Part shown: positions 13,745 to 26,125 of the stretch, in pieces
Position numbering within the stretch: position 1 is the stretch's first letter
Layout: the number at the start of each line of letters is the position of its first letter
Assembly (NCBI GenBank): GCA_964016885.1
Contig: OZ024740.1
Span: 233,058,001-233,122,000, forward strand
Source of the DNA: Eledone cirrhosa
Lineage: Eukaryota
Direction: 5' to 3'
DNA: 64,000 nucleotides
Position numbers and translations under genes: made by a program
Notes under the pieces: model-generated
Databases searched by the model: none
Seen by the model: the letters and a program-made list of their open reading frames with translations, nothing else
Told to the model about the DNA's origin: nothing

Positions 13745-13793
13745 AGAGAGAGAAGGGGGGGATCGAGAAAGAGAGAGAAAGTGAGAGAGAGAG

Positions 13794-13885
<92 letters not shown>
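13745..13885. repeat. (GA)n microsatellite
   Basis: Read directly. Confidence 0.95.
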
Positions 13886-13888
<3 letters not shown>

Positions 13889-14416
13889 CAAAGGGAATGA
13901 AATAGTGAGCTGTGAGAGTGACGGTCTGATGGCCAGAAATGAAGAGAAATACGCATGCGCAACCATTGCTGCTGGGATTAATGTATGTTTTGATAAATCA
14001 TGAAAGTAATTTCACTTCTTTGTAGAAGGAATTCTGAGATTTTATCAGCAAACCTTGGAATTGAATGTTGAGAGTGAGTGGACTGTGAGTTAATATATGG
14101 TGGCATAATCAGACATATAACGAAATTGTGTATATATATATGTATATATGTATGTATGTATATATGTATATATGTATAAATGTATGTATGCCTGCGTGTG
14201 TGTATACATATATATATACTTACTCATGTCTATACATAATGTAATTAAGTATATTTGTGTGAATGCAAATGTGTATGTGAATGCAAAAAACGAATGAGTA
14301 TATATAGAAAAAAAAAGAAACGAGAGAGTGTGAGCTGAATGGATGGACAGGCACTGAGTGGTAGAGAGAGGGAGAGAGAGAGACAGACAGACAGAGAGAT
14401 AGAGAGATAGAGTAAT

Positions 14417-14638
14417 AGATATCTTTCTTTATTTGCCACAGGGGCGTACAAAAATGGGACATTACAAGACGTGACGGCGGAGGTTTTACATAAAAATAAC
14501 TTTAACATTAATAAATAACAATAAACTATATATAATAAAATAATAATTGAAATCCCCAGTAGGGGGAACGTTACTGCAGGGTTTTTTTAAAACCCCGTTG
14601 ATAGAACAACCCTCAACACCAGCAACACGTTTTGTAGA
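14417..14638 (-). mobile_element. 3' UTR fragment of the Tx1-like LINE seen at 1-646 (SINE-free copy)
   Basis: Reverse complement matches 217-325 joined to 530-643. Confidence 0.8.
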
Positions 14639-14659
14639 GTGATAGATATATAGAGAGAT

Positions 14660-14760
14660 AGATATGTTTCTTTATTAGCCACAGAGGCACAAAAGAAGGG
14701 GACAAATACAAAGGGGGAAGTTTACATACATTAAAAACGTGTTGAAAAGGATAGGCCCAA
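14660..14760 (-). mobile_element. 3' tip of a related Tx1-like family
   Basis: Minus strand ends TTGTGCCTCTGTGGCTAATAAAGAAACATATCTATC, parallel to GCCCCTGTGGCAAATAAAGAAAGATATCTATC. Confidence 0.55.
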
Positions 14761-15144
14761 ACTACCCACGCATATAAGAAGGCACAAATACAAATGCACA
14801 CAGAAACACTACAGATGTGTGTGTATATCTGTGCGTTTGCAAGTGTTAACTGAACTCAGATGTACAAACGTAGGCCTGAACAGCGGTTGCATTTCCTTTC
14901 TGTGCATCGTTAACTGAGAGAACGACCAAACACAACTGAATTTCGGATGCCCGAATATACTTGGACTTACACATACATAAATTCACACTCACAGAGAGAA
15001 AGAGAGCGAGAGAGGGAGGGGGTGAAACGGATGGTATGTATAACAAAGTAGTATTAGTTTCACTCTTAGAGGAAAAAGAGAGAAATACATAGTCAACGAA
15101 TTGGAAATTTGCCCTTCATCAGGAAAAGCACAAAGAAAATTTAA

Positions 15145-15197
<53 letters not shown>

Positions 15198-15218
15198 TAT
15201 AGATATATATATATATAT

Positions 15219-15549
15219 ACGATATTAAACAAATGGAAACTATATTTATAAAACCATATTTATTTCATTATATATATTTCAGGGATATCATATTAAAAAT
15301 ATGGTATGCCTTCCTCAGACAAAACACAATATATAAGCCGTTTTATAAATAAATTTGACATACCTTAAAATAATGCAACTTCCATTTAAAAAGTTGATTT
15401 GGTAGTCCACATTTATTTATTTATAAAACGGCTTATATATTGTATTTTGTCTGAGGAAGGCATACCATATTTTTAATATGATATCCCTGAAATATATATA
15501 ATGAAATAAATATGGTTTTATAAATATAGTTTCCATTTGTTTAATATCG

Positions 15550-15551
<2 letters not shown>
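15219..15551. mobile_element. near-perfect fold-back element, family A, hammerheads at 15261-15326 (-) and 15443-15508 (+)
   Basis: Arms about 15219-15353 and 15416-15551. TATTTTGT CTGAGGA AGGCATACCATAT TTTTA ATATGATATCCCT GAAA TATATA TA ATGAAATA; predicted cut after 15500. Confidence 0.85.
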
Positions 15552-15861
<310 letters not shown>

Positions 15862-16047
15862 TTGGTAGTATCGGTAGAGTCGGACACCATACTTTGCAGT
15901 ATAGAGTTACGGTCCTTTACGGTCTGAGTTCAAATCCCACCGAGTTTAACTGTCCCTTTCATCCTTATGGAGTCGATAAAATAAACTACCACTGGGATAA
16001 TTGGTGGCCTTGTGCCAAAAGTAGAAACTATTATTATTATTATTATT
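15862..16047 (+). mobile_element. S1 SINE with expanded (TTA)n tail
   Basis: TGGTAGTATCGGTAGAG, GAGTTCAAATCCC, S1 core, GTAGAAAC then (TTA)n. Confidence 0.85.
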
Positions 16048-16057
16048 GTTATTGTTA

Positions 16058-19000
16058 TTCCTTGAATCTCAGTCATTGATGTTGGTTAACTGGAAAGTCC
16101 GTTGGATTGAATATCAAGCCACTACCTGCAGCCTCAGATATTCAGGACGTATCGGAGGGTTCTTGCTGTTCCAAGCAAGCATGCCTTTTGAAGCGTTCCA
16201 AAAAGCGTGAAGGGGCCGATTTTCTTTAACCATCCCTGGAAACCTTTGGAGATAGTCCCCAGTGCGCCTATGACAATCGGGATCACTTTGACTTCATGGC
16301 AGTTCCAAATCCTTTTCACCTCCCACTTTAGGTCCTGGTATCGGTTAATTTTCTCCCTCTCCTTCTCTTGCACTCTCGTGTCGAACGGGCAGGCCACATC
16401 CACAATCAGGCACGATCTTTTTTCTTTGTCCACAACCACCAGGTCAGGTCTATTGTGTTCCAGTTTTTTGTCCGTCTGTATCCTAAAATCCCACAGCACC
16501 TTCACCTGACTGTTCTCCATCACCGCCTCTGGCCTATGCTCATACCATTTCTCAGAATGTGGTAGATTGTTTACTTTGCACAGGTGCCAGTGGATCACCC
16601 TGCCCATCACATCGTGTCTCCAGCCTTTATAGTGGGTCTGGGCTAGGTGTTTACACTCGGACACAATGTGAGCCACAGTTTCCTCTCTCTCTCCACAGAT
16701 CCTGCACCGTGGGCTAGCCTCCTCCTTGTAGATATGGTGCTTCAACCACTTCGTTTTGAGGGCCTGCTCCTGCGCAGCCATTAGCATTCCTTCTGTAGCC
16801 TTTTTGAGGTCTCCTCTTCTCAACCAGTTCCATGTCTGTGGATCTCTAAATTCAGTTTTCTCAAAGAAGGTACTATGAAGGGATTTTCCCTTAAGGCTGC
16901 TCTTCCTCCTTGATGTTATTTCCTCCTTGGATATCCCCTGGCCTACTGTCCCCTCCTTCAGTACAGCTCTGAGCATTGGCTCCTTACTATAGGTCACGTA
17001 TTTGTATAGGTTGTTTTTCTCCATCTGAACACAGTCCTCTATGCTGATAAGACCTCTTCCACCCTCAGATCTCCTTAGGTAGAGTCTATCGACATCACTC
17101 CTCTTGTGGAACATGTTGTAGATAGTCAATATCTTCCTAGTCTTCCTATCCATTTCTTTTTGTTCAGCAACATTCCATCTCAGAATTCCCGCACTGTACC
17201 TAATAATAGACACAGCTCGGGAATTTACTGCGCTTATGGCATTTCTGCTGTTCAGATGTGACTTCAATACGCTCCTTACTCTCCGAATGTATTCAGTTCT
17301 TAACAATTCCTTCATTTTTTTTTTCTTTATGCCATCAGCCTCCAGAACGCCCAAATACTTGTATCCTTCCTCAGAGTCAATTTCCTTTATCATCTCACCT
17401 GTTGGTATCTGGATCCCGTTACTTCTGCTCAACCTACCCCTCTTCATCACAATGACTCCACATTTACCAATACCAAACTGCATACATATATCACTGCTGA
17501 AAATACGGACAGTGTCAACAAGCACATCCAACTCCTTCTCACTTTTCCCGAAGAGCTTAAGATCGTCCATGAAGAGGAGGTGATTGATGGTAAGCTCTCC
17601 CCTTCCCAACTTGTATCCTGCTCTCACTTTTCGCAGCATAATGGTCAAGGGCATCAGGGCAAGGACAAACAACAGAGGGGACAGGCTATCTCCCTGGAAG
17701 ATACCTCTCTTGATCTTCACGCTTCCCAAGGATACTCCAGTTGATGTCAACTCTGTCTCCCAGGACCCCATACTCCTGTCCAGCAACTGTCTGATGTTAT
17801 CTGCCACCCTGAAGATCTCCAGGCTTTTGGTGATCCAGGAATGAGGCACCATGTCAAATGCCTTTCTGTAGTCTATCCATCCCATGGCAAGATCAGTGTG
17901 TCTCCTCCTGCAATTCCCCATTACCATCTTATCAATAAGCAACTGGTCCTTTGTACCACGTGACTTCTTTCGGCATCCTTTCTGTTCGTCCGGTAACATG
18001 TTGTTTGTGTGGAGGTGATGGTAGATTTCCTCAGACACAATGCTCGTCAACAGTTTCCACATTACGGGCAGACATGTGATAGGTCTATAGTTGGTAACAT
18101 CATTACCCTTGATTCGGTCTTTCATTATCAGAACTGTGGAACCTTTTGTCAACCACTCTGGCACCTCACCCGACACCAAGCAGTCATTGAACCTGGCCGT
18201 CAGCTTCGGGTGGAGGGATGTTAAATGTTTAATCCAATACCCCTGCACACCATCTGGGCCTGGCGATTTCCAGTTGGTTAGTTTTTTGGCTTGCCCCTTA
18301 AGAGTTTCAACTGTGATACTCAAATCAGTCTGTTGTTGTGCCTGCTCACCGATCTCCCTCTGTACTGTCTCAATCCACCCTGCCTGGGCATTGTGTCTAA
18401 CATCCTGCTCCCATATTCCTCTCCAGAATGTTTTAGCTTGTTCCGCCCCAGGGATCAAGTCGTTGCCTCTTTCTTTCCCCTCAAGCTGTCCAAACAGCAT
18501 CTTCTGGTTGTTGTCGAACATGCGGTTCTGTTTATACTGACTGACTCTGTTCTCGTATCGCCTGATTTTGGCACTCTTTGCTACAATGCGTTGCTTCAAT
18601 TCCTCTATGATAATATTTAGCTTTTTACTCCTAGTTTTGTATTTTATTTCCAGTCTATTTTTAGTGCCTATGTTTTTTAGTGTCCCATTCAGTAGTGACT
18701 CAAGCTTTCCTATGTCATTTCTCATTTCCCCGATTTGCCCACTCAGTCGCTTCTTCCACCACGGCTCTGCTCTTTCTTGTCTGTTGTTTCCTCTCGCTTT
18801 TATACCAAGTAGTTTCCTCACCGTATTTGCTGTTGCTTTGAGGATATTGTTGCACTGGTGAAGACTCCTCGCCTCAAGGTATGGGATGACTTTGTTTACC
18901 TTAGCTGTTGTTTCTTTTAACTTTTTCCTGTCTACAAATCTTAGGTTCATAGGTCTCCCACTATCATTGTTCAACTCATCTACCACTAAATTTAGGATGT

Positions 19001-19821
19001 CAACCGAATCTTGTCCTAGCCCGTCAGCATTCATCTCCTCAGTGGCCGTATCTCTGTTCCAGGTATTATTTATCTCAGTATTCAGATCATTGTCTGCTTC
19101 GGGTGGTTCCTCCGTTCTCAGGACCTCCTCACCTTCATTTCCCGCCGGCTCGCTTGTCTGGCATACTACACCCGCCATCTCCAAGCCATTCTCTCTGCTC
19201 AGTTCCTCCAGTTCCAGCTCGCTTATCCACCCATTAGTTCTTATTACCCGAGCCTGCCCGGCCAATTTTTGTTCATCTAATTTAAATAAACCAATCTCGT
19301 TCCAGATGTTATGCATCCGTCTCCTGTAGCCCCTCTCCTTGGGGTTACTTTTCAGGTAGCATTGCATAACAGTTCTATTCAATTCTTTCGTCCAGTTGGT
19401 TCTGGCCCCTTTCCTTCTTCTTCTTCCTCCAACATCAGCAGTATTTGGTTGACAGTCAGGTTCCTGCTGCTGAGCCAGGGGGCACCTGTTGGGTGAGAGT
19501 CTGTCACATGACGTTCTAGTCTCCATTTCACCGTTATTCGAACTGTTTATGTTCGATATTTAAACACTCTTATCGAGGATTGGCGAATGTATGTTTACAT
19601 AGCCATCTGTGGATCCGCCATCCCACTTGGCCCTTGTGTGGCATTATCACCACGCTGTATACGAACACACATAAACAAACAAACACACGGGCAGAAAGGG
19701 CCCCAAAAATGAATAAGCATAAGTTTCATTGTAATGTAGTATTCGAATGTCTGACTTAGTTTTTGTTTTTTAAGTTTTACTTTTTCCCCCCTCTTCTCTG
19801 TCCGTCCGCTTGCTTCTCTCT

Positions 19822-19823
<2 letters not shown>
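16058..19823 (-). mobile_element. apparently full-length R4/Dong non-LTR retrotransposon
   Basis: Single ORF, about 300-nt 5' UTR and 75-nt 3' UTR, (TAA)n at both ends on the element strand as known for Dong. Confidence 0.92.
16134..19526 (-). CDS. R4/Dong polyprotein, 1130 aa: reverse transcriptase, CCHC finger, restriction-like endonuclease
   Basis: WKSPGPDG, NYRPITCL, EQKG, WIDYRKAFD, GIFQGDSLSPLLF, HLLFMDDLKL, YKYLG; CRIC-x8-HIVSEC; RHD, RPD, DVACP, KINRYQDL. Uninterrupted; in-frame TAA 12 codons upstream of the ATG. Confidence 0.95.
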   Translation of the reverse strand: METRTSCDRLSPNRCPLAQQQEPDCQPNTADVGGRRRRKGARTNWTKELNRTVMQCYLKSNPKERGYRRRMHNIWNEIGLFKLDEQKLAGQARVIRTNGWISELELEELSRENGLEMAGVVCQTSEPAGNEGEEVLRTEEPPEADNDLNTEINNTWNRDTATEEMNADGLGQDSVDILNLVVDELNNDSGRPMNLRFVDRKKLKETTAKVNKVIPYLEARSLHQCNNILKATANTVRKLLGIKARGNNRQERAEPWWKKRLSGQIGEMRNDIGKLESLLNGTLKNIGTKNRLEIKYKTRSKKLNIIIEELKQRIVAKSAKIRRYENRVSQYKQNRMFDNNQKMLFGQLEGKERGNDLIPGAEQAKTFWRGIWEQDVRHNAQAGWIETVQREIGEQAQQQTDLSITVETLKGQAKKLTNWKSPGPDGVQGYWIKHLTSLHPKLTARFNDCLVSGEVPEWLTKGSTVLIMKDRIKGNDVTNYRPITCLPVMWKLLTSIVSEEIYHHLHTNNMLPDEQKGCRKKSRGTKDQLLIDKMVMGNCRRRHTDLAMGWIDYRKAFDMVPHSWITKSLEIFRVADNIRQLLDRSMGSWETELTSTGVSLGSVKIKRGIFQGDSLSPLLFVLALMPLTIMLRKVRAGYKLGRGELTINHLLFMDDLKLFGKSEKELDVLVDTVRIFSSDICMQFGIGKCGVIVMKRGRLSRSNGIQIPTGEMIKEIDSEEGYKYLGVLEADGIKKKKMKELLRTEYIRRVRSVLKSHLNSRNAISAVNSRAVSIIRYSAGILRWNVAEQKEMDRKTRKILTIYNMFHKRSDVDRLYLRRSEGGRGLISIEDCVQMEKNNLYKYVTYSKEPMLRAVLKEGTVGQGISKEEITSRRKSSLKGKSLHSTFFEKTEFRDPQTWNWLRRGDLKKATEGMLMAAQEQALKTKWLKHHIYKEEASPRCRICGEREETVAHIVSECKHLAQTHYKGWRHDVMGRVIHWHLCKVNNLPHSEKWYEHRPEAVMENSQVKVLWDFRIQTDKKLEHNRPDLVVVDKEKRSCLIVDVACPFDTRVQEKEREKINRYQDLKWEVKRIWNCHEVKVIPIVIGALGTISKGFQGWLKKIGPFTLFGTLQKACLLGTARTLRYVLNI

Positions 19824-19875
<52 letters not shown>

Positions 19876-19882
19876 TTATTAT

Positions 19883-21832
19883 TTGCATTTATCTTGCTTT
19901 ATGTTTATACGAGTTATCACCAAGTCACAACCAGTGACCTCAAGAGACAACAAGGTCCGCCATGTTCAAGAAAGAACACACATATTCACACATGCATCCT
20001 TAGTGTTTAGACTTGTGATGTACTTATATTGACAGGATCTTCCTTAGTATATGGGCAGTTCCCATTAGTACTATCTTTTGTATTTCTCCTATACGCGGGT
20101 TTCCTGGGATTTGCGATAAGTAGTCGTTAGACCCCTTAGGTATCATTCCCAGAGCGCCTACAACCACTGGTATTGTTTTAGTTCTCAATTTCCACATTTT
20201 TCCAATTTCTATCTCCAGGTCCTTATACTTGCTCAATTTTTCAAATGTTTTTATAGATACATTCTTGTCTATTGGAACAGACATATCAATTAGCAGGCAT
20301 ACCCTCCTTTGAAAGTCCTTCAATATTATATCAGGTCTATTTGCATCTATTTTTCGGTCTGTTTGGATGCTAAAGTTCCACAAGATTGAGATGTGATCTT
20401 TTTCAAGTATGGGAGGTGGTTGATGCTCCCACCAATTCTTTTGATGGGGCAGGTCAAAATGCTTGCACATTATCCAATGTATGTATTGTGCAGCTCTGTC
20501 ATGCCTGTTTAGGTATTCGGTTGGAGCTATAGGACTGCACATTGAAATTATATGGTCAATGGTCTCTGGTTGTTTTTTGCATACACGACATAATGGGCTG
20601 CACCCATTTTTTATTATGTTGGCTTGGTAATTTTTTGTTGGCAGACACTGATCTTGTGCGGATATAATCAGTCCTTCAGTCTCCGATTTCAGTCCAGAGG
20701 ATGCCAACCACTGATGGGTTAAAGTTTTGTCAACATCAGGATTGTTAGCTCGCTCTGGGTATTTTCCATACAGAGGCTTTTCTTGCCATTTCTTAGCCAG
20801 TTTCTGTAGCAGTTCTTTCTTTGCAGTTACTTTTACCTGCTTTGCTTTTTCTGTGTTTTCCATTTCAGCAGTAAATGGGACTTCTGAAATTTGTAGTCCA
20901 TTACTGTATCTTTGTGCATCTTTTGTAATGGAATATGATCTTTTGGTGCTTTCGTGTTTCAAAACGAGTTTGATCATCCAATCATGTGATTCCCTTAGAT
21001 ATGTGGATAATCCAATTGTTGCAGTTTTCAACGCAATGTCTAACTGGATTAACCCACGTCCTCCTTCTTTCCTAGGGAGATATATTCTATCTATGTCTGC
21101 CTTAGGGTGATGCATTCTGTGCATGGTTAAGAATTTTCGGATTTTTGTATCGAGCCTACGGATCTCTGTGCTTGACCAGTTGATGACATTGTAACTGTAG
21201 GTTACTACTGGTATGGCAAGCGTGTTTATGGCATCGATCCTATTCCTTGCATTCAATTCCGTTCTTAAGATTGCTCTGACTCTGCGGTAACATTCCTTCC
21301 TTATCCTTTCCCTCATTGTCGAGTGCTTGATTCCGTCTCCTTCACAAACACCTAGATATTTGTAAGTTTGTTCTTGATCAAGCTCTCTTATCACGTTCCC
21401 CCGATCAAGATTAATGTCTGAACTCTTCAGCAGCTTTCCTCTGGTGAACGTTGCTTTGGCGCATTTATCCAGTCCAAACTCCATTTTAATGTCATCACTG
21501 AACTGCTTCACAGTGGATAATAGCCCTTGCAATTGTTCATCATTTTTTGCAAATAGTTTCAGGTCATCCATGTAGAACAGGTGATTAATGGTTTTGTCAT
21601 AGACTCTATATCCATGTTTTGTTTCATTGAGCATTTTACTTAATGGTATAAGTGCGATGCAGAATAAAAGCGGTGATAAAGAGTCACCCTGAAAAATTCC
21701 ACAATTAATGTTAACTTCTCCAGCTTCCAGTGATTTTGTTTCACTATTCAAAAGGAGTGTCGTTCTCCATGTCCTCATACTGAATGACAAAAACCTCCTG
21801 ATAACGGGGGATATTTTGAAAATCTCTAAACA
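19883..21832 (-). mobile_element. 5'-truncated R4/Dong element, second family
   Basis: Frame open from the truncation point (CLEIFKISPVIRRFLSFSMRTW...) to the stop at 20024; different 3' UTR; (TTA)n on both sides. Confidence 0.9.
20024..21832 (-). pseudogene. truncated but uninterrupted RT/CCHC/RLE ORF of Dong family 2
   Basis: GIFQGDSLSPLLF, HLFYMDDLKL, YKYLG, CRVC-x8-HIISMC, RHD, RPD, KLSKYKDL; lacks the N-terminus and early RT motifs. Confidence 0.9.
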
Positions 21833-21847
21833 TTATTATTATTATTA

Positions 21848-21879
<32 letters not shown>

Positions 21880-21880
21880 G

Positions 21881-22199
21881 TTCTTTGAGTCTCAGTCATT
21901 GATGTTATTTAACTGGAAAGTTTGTTGAAATGAATATCAAGCCGCTACCTGCAGCCTCAGATATTCAGGACGTATCGGAGGGTTCTTGCTGTTCCTAGCA
22001 AGCATGCCTTTTGAAGTGTTCCAAAAAGCGGAGATGGACTAATCTTCTTTAACCATCCTTGGAAACTCTTTGAGATAGTACCTAGTGCGCCTTTGACAAT
22101 CGGGACGACCTTGACTTCATGGCAGTTCCAAATCCTTTTTAACTCCCACTTTAAGTCCTGGTATCGGTTAATTTTCTCCCTCTCCTTTTCTTGCACTCT
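21881..22199 (-). mobile_element. short 5'-truncated Dong copy related to the 16-19.8 kb element
   Basis: Last 80 aa differ at 7 positions from the 1130-aa ORF; closely similar 3' UTR; bounded by (TTA)n and TATTATT. Confidence 0.9.
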
Positions 22200-22312
22200 T
22201 ATTATTTCAAGACGTGTTTCGCATCGCTCTTGTAAGTTTGTTCTATTTTCCCTGTTGAAATTTTGCATTAAAATTTTGATATAGTTTTGAAGTTAAATGA
22301 CCAAATATCTTT

Positions 22313-23335
22313 GTGAGCTGGTTCATTTAACTCCGCTTGAAGCCGTTAGGGGCCAATCAGTGTTTGTTTTATATGGAAAGCACGGCCAACACCAAAGACA
22401 TCACCACATCCATCCCCGCCACTGAAACAAGGGAAACGAAAAACTATTAAAACGAAAGCATACGAAAGCGAGAAAATAAATGATAACAATAACTACAAGA
22501 CCATAACCACTACCAACAACAAGATCGGTAAGAACTACAACACTAAAAACAACATAGACAACGAAAAACAGCAAAAGAGCAACAACAAAAAGAACGACAA
22601 CAACAACATCAACAAAAGGAGTACATTCGAGGTCACAGTAGCAAAAAAACTAAATGCTGTACGATTTTGACCTTAGAGATAAAAATGAACGTTTGGCCCA
22701 GGCGGAAAAATGTATTACGAGAGAGGAAAGCTGGGCCAATTTAAACGGCAGAGCTAATGGCAGCAAAGGAGAAGAAAACTCTCAAATATCGATGCAGATT
22801 GGTCAAATCTCAAAAGCCCTTTGTCCCCAACTGAAACCTGCAGGTGGCCGCAAACCTCCCTTTGCTGAAATCACAGGTCACGCAACGAGGGACAACACCA
22901 GAACCAATAACAGCAGCAGAAAAGCAAACAGCACCAACAGCAACAACAGCAGTTGTAACAACAACAGGAACAATTAAACCCCCACAGGAAGTCGCCTAAA
23001 AAAGCTCTCCTTCTCCCCCTCTTTGAAACACACAGGGAAAAATTCACACACCCGTAAACACACTCCCACTCCCCCCTGACACAGAGTCCCAGGGCACCAG
23101 TCCTCCACACCTCCAAGTTAAGATGAGGAGAAGCATCAAAAAGCTAAAAAGAACATAAAAGTAAACACAAAAAGATAAAGAGAAATTCAGCTACACACAC
23201 ACACACACACCAACAGGCACACAAACACACACCAACAGCAAACACAGACACACCCACAACAACACAAAAACAACAACCGTAAATAGCACCGACACAACCA
23301 CAAATCATGCCAAACAAAAGAAAGCATACAGCCGC
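22313..23335 (+). mobile_element. probable 5' end and decayed ORF1 of an L1/Tx1-like LINE
   Basis: Leader GTGAGCTGGTTCATTTAACTCCGCTTGAAGCCGTTAGGGGCCAATCAG then ATG into an A/C-rich, N/K/T-rich broken frame. Recalled similarity only. Confidence 0.4.
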
Positions 23336-23586
23336 ACTTCTTTAGGCGTCTGGATGCCTTTCTGGGTACGTCTGGCTTTCAGCTTCGGTGTCACACAGAT
23401 TGCTTGATGGTCTCTCGGCTCTCAAAGAGGGATTTCAGTGGCATCGTCATTTTCGCAATAAACTGAAATCAGGACCATCGCTAGAGAATAGGTAATATGT
23501 CAAATAAGTGAAATGTCTTTTTATGTTAATGATAAGTAAAAAAAATAACTTGAATCAGCAGCGTTGAATCAACTGGGACGCTGTCA

Positions 23587-23640
23587 TAATTGTTTCTACT
23601 TTTGGCACCAGGCCAGCAATTATCCCATTACTAGTACTTG
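23587..23640 (-). mobile_element. S1 SINE tail fragment
   Basis: ATAATTGTTTCTACTTTTGGCACCAGGCCAGCAATTATCCC; TGGGACGCTGTCATAAT is duplicated on both sides (23574-23590, 23639-23655). Confidence 0.7.
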
Positions 23641-23655
23641 GGACGCTGTCATAAT

Positions 23656-24117
23656 GCAGCTGCCATTCTTGATATTGCACCTTCGTAACTATTCATTCTC
23701 ATTCGAATTCATGATACACAACGCTACGTTATTCGAAGAAAACAGTCAACATGATCTTGAGTTCTCTTCGCAACGGTCGTGCTTGTTAATGCCTTCGGGA
23801 CAGTGGATGACGCCACTGTGTAAAATGGGTTGCGCTTTCTGTGTCGTACACCTGCGTCCTACGGCCAGTTATCATGGCATGCAGGAAGTCAGGCTCTGTG
23901 TTGGCAGAATCCAGCCAATCGCAGACGAATGTAAAGAGGAAGTAGCGTAGCTCATAACGCACAGAGTGGCTGACGTTGATTGATGCAAGCAGCAAACTTG
24001 TTACTATCCATGCATGTGCATGAATGGAGGCGTTTCCGTTCTACACACATCTATCGTCTTAACGTCATTTATTTTCTCGGAAAAACAAAGTTGGATATTT
24101 TTTCGACAGACTTTATA
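23656..24117 (-). mobile_element. mariner transposon remnant with one TIR
   Basis: Minus-strand peptides WLDSANTEPDFLHAMITG..VYDTE..QWRHP and KIMLTVFF resemble mariner ITGDETW..YDPE..QW..KVMLTVFFD. TIR-like AAAGTTGGATATTTTTTCGACAGACTTTA-TA end. Confidence 0.7.
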
Positions 24118-24121
24118 GGTG

Positions 24122-24170
<49 letters not shown>

Positions 24171-24171
<1 letters not shown>

Positions 24172-24383
24172 TTAGAAAGTGAGGTTTTTTTTACAAAATG
24201 AAAAATAACCGAGGTGTCCTACACGAGTGAAAGTATGAAGAAAAAAAGATGAAATCGAAAATGCAACTGGAGTCTTATTTAAAAAAAATATATATATATT
24301 TATTTGGTTCCTTTACCGGTTTCGCAGTTCTTCTGCTTTGCAAAAGTAGAGTTGAGATGGAGGGTCTGTGGTTTTTCTCACAT
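24171..24383 (-). mobile_element. family D pLTR fragment
   Basis: Near-identical to 9240-9450; minus strand TTGCAAA GCAG AAGAA CTGC GAAA CCGG TA AAG. Confidence 0.65.
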
Positions 24384-24384
24384 C

Positions 24385-24750
24385 TGGTTGGTCTCTGAAT
24401 GGCACTTGTTTTATATGGAAAAAGTGGCTCGAAATGCCAGGTTTTTCGAGAAGTAATTTGATTGGTTGGTCAATAATTATAATAAATTTCGCGCCAGTTC
24501 GCGTTACAAAGTTCTTCAAACAAGGGGGGGGGGGGGGGGGGTCACAGGTTGTTTTTTCATATATGAGTGTTTGAATTTCTTTTTACTTGAAAAAAGGGGC
24601 TCACGAAGGCTTTTTTTTAATGAGCGTAATTTGATTAGTTATAAATGAAATTATGGCTGTCACGTGAACAAGTTTTCATTAAATTTTCGCGCCCTTATTT
24701 GGAAATCCATTCTGTAACCTTTTTAGAGAATTTTATGATAAGTAAAAGAT
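24385..24750 (-). mobile_element. possible non-autonomous Helitron-like fragment
   Basis: Minus-strand start A-TCTTTTACTTATCATAAAATTCTC resembles TC-initiated Helitron 5' ends; no 3' hairpin or CTAG confirmed. Confidence 0.25.
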
Positions 24751-24838
24751 AATTGTTTCTACTTTTGGCACAAGGCCAGCAAATACCCAGTTCATTACTG
24801 GTACTTTATTTTATCGACCCGGTAAGGATGAAAGGTAA
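24749..24838 (-). mobile_element. 5'-truncated S1 SINE
   Basis: S1 tail and core on the minus strand. Confidence 0.8.
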
Positions 24839-25004
24839 ATATATATATATTCATTAGTTAATCAAAACAAGACCACAAATTTCACAAGGAAGACATTAAA
24901 AGATTGTCAACATATTTTAGTTTGATGTAAGGTATGTAGAGAATAATAATAATAATAATATTAATAATATATATATATATACAGTGTGTGTATGTGTATG
25001 TGTG

Positions 25005-25079
<75 letters not shown>

Positions 25080-25123
25080 TTGTGTGTTTGTGTGTGTGTG
25101 TGTGTGCGTGTGTGTGTGTGTGT

Positions 25124-26125
25124 TCCATTGACGCAATGTTTGGGCAATTGGGCTCTAAGCCTATGTGCGGTGATAGTAGGGCTGCGCCTCGCGGACAATG
25201 GCCGGCGACACCCGCTGCAACAGCCACCTCACCTCATGGGACTCCTTCCTCAGACGGGCCACCGACGTTCCGATCTTGCAACGGAGGAAAGCTCAACAGT
25301 ACGGGGTCCAAGTAGCCTGAGGTCTCGACAGCGACTGGTACGAAGAGGAAGCGGCCGGACAATCACCGGTGTTTCTTTATCTTCCTTTCCTCCGCGGTAC
25401 CGGACTTTGTGGCCGAAGCGATTAAGTTGGAGCCGGAGAACCTGTCATAATATGTGACGTCCCTGAGAAGAGGTTGATTCCATCGGGACGCTTGCTGTCT
25501 CCTCGGTCAAGGCCTGCTGGCTCCAGTTGTGATGGGGAGCCAGCTGCGTCCAGACTCCTCAACATGTCGTTGAGAGTGGCATGCCTGGGGAACCAGCCTG
25601 CGCTCTGGCGGCAAGACAATGGGTGCAGATCGAACTTGTCAACGACTGACCTGCAACGGCATTTATGTGGCTCACTTACGCGGAGGCCGAGGCGTTGGAC
25701 TAGTCCGATGCGAGTGCACTCGTCGTCAAGAAGGGTACCGGTTGGCGAGGAGGGCACCTAATTGAGCCCTGCGCTGCTGTTTGGCTGTCAAGCAGAACTG
25801 AAGCAGGCAAGGCAGTGTTGGTCAAAGCCAGACTCGATCCACCTGACAGAAGATCTTTATTTGATGTCGTCCCAGCTACGCTGGACAGTTGTATAATGGG
25901 GGACAGAGAGTCCTTCGGCTGTCCAGTAGGCCAGAGCCCTTTCAAGCTCTGTGATTACGTCAGATTCGGCCGTATGGCTGAGAACCTCGATGACGAGAGT
26001 GTGACTGGAGGAGATTCAGGAGAGGTAGGTGGTTAGAGCCAGATCCGAAACTGATCGGAAGCCGAGGCTACCCAACCTCACTGTGAGCTTCGTTTGTTGC
26101 CACTCGGTGCTGTCAAAAGGTGTGT
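25124..26125 (-). mobile_element. 3' part of a CRE-clade non-LTR retrotransposon (CCHC plus RLE), degenerate
   Basis: RLGLRVSEPHKCRC...HPLSC...RHATLND...EPAGLDRGDSKRPDG; 3' end abuts (CA)n at 24984-25123. Confidence 0.85.

Noticed and set aside
19527-19823. HDV-like ribozyme in the Dong 5' UTR
   Set aside because: Hairpins exist (GGCCCTT/AAGGGCC, GTGGTGATAATGCCAC) and a TCCTCG, but I could not build P1 and P3 of the double pseudoknot; an RNArobo or Infernal search would decide.
16207-21110. Plus-strand ORFs overlapping the Dong elements
   Set aside because: Antisense shadows of the minus-strand ORFs with no recognisable motifs.
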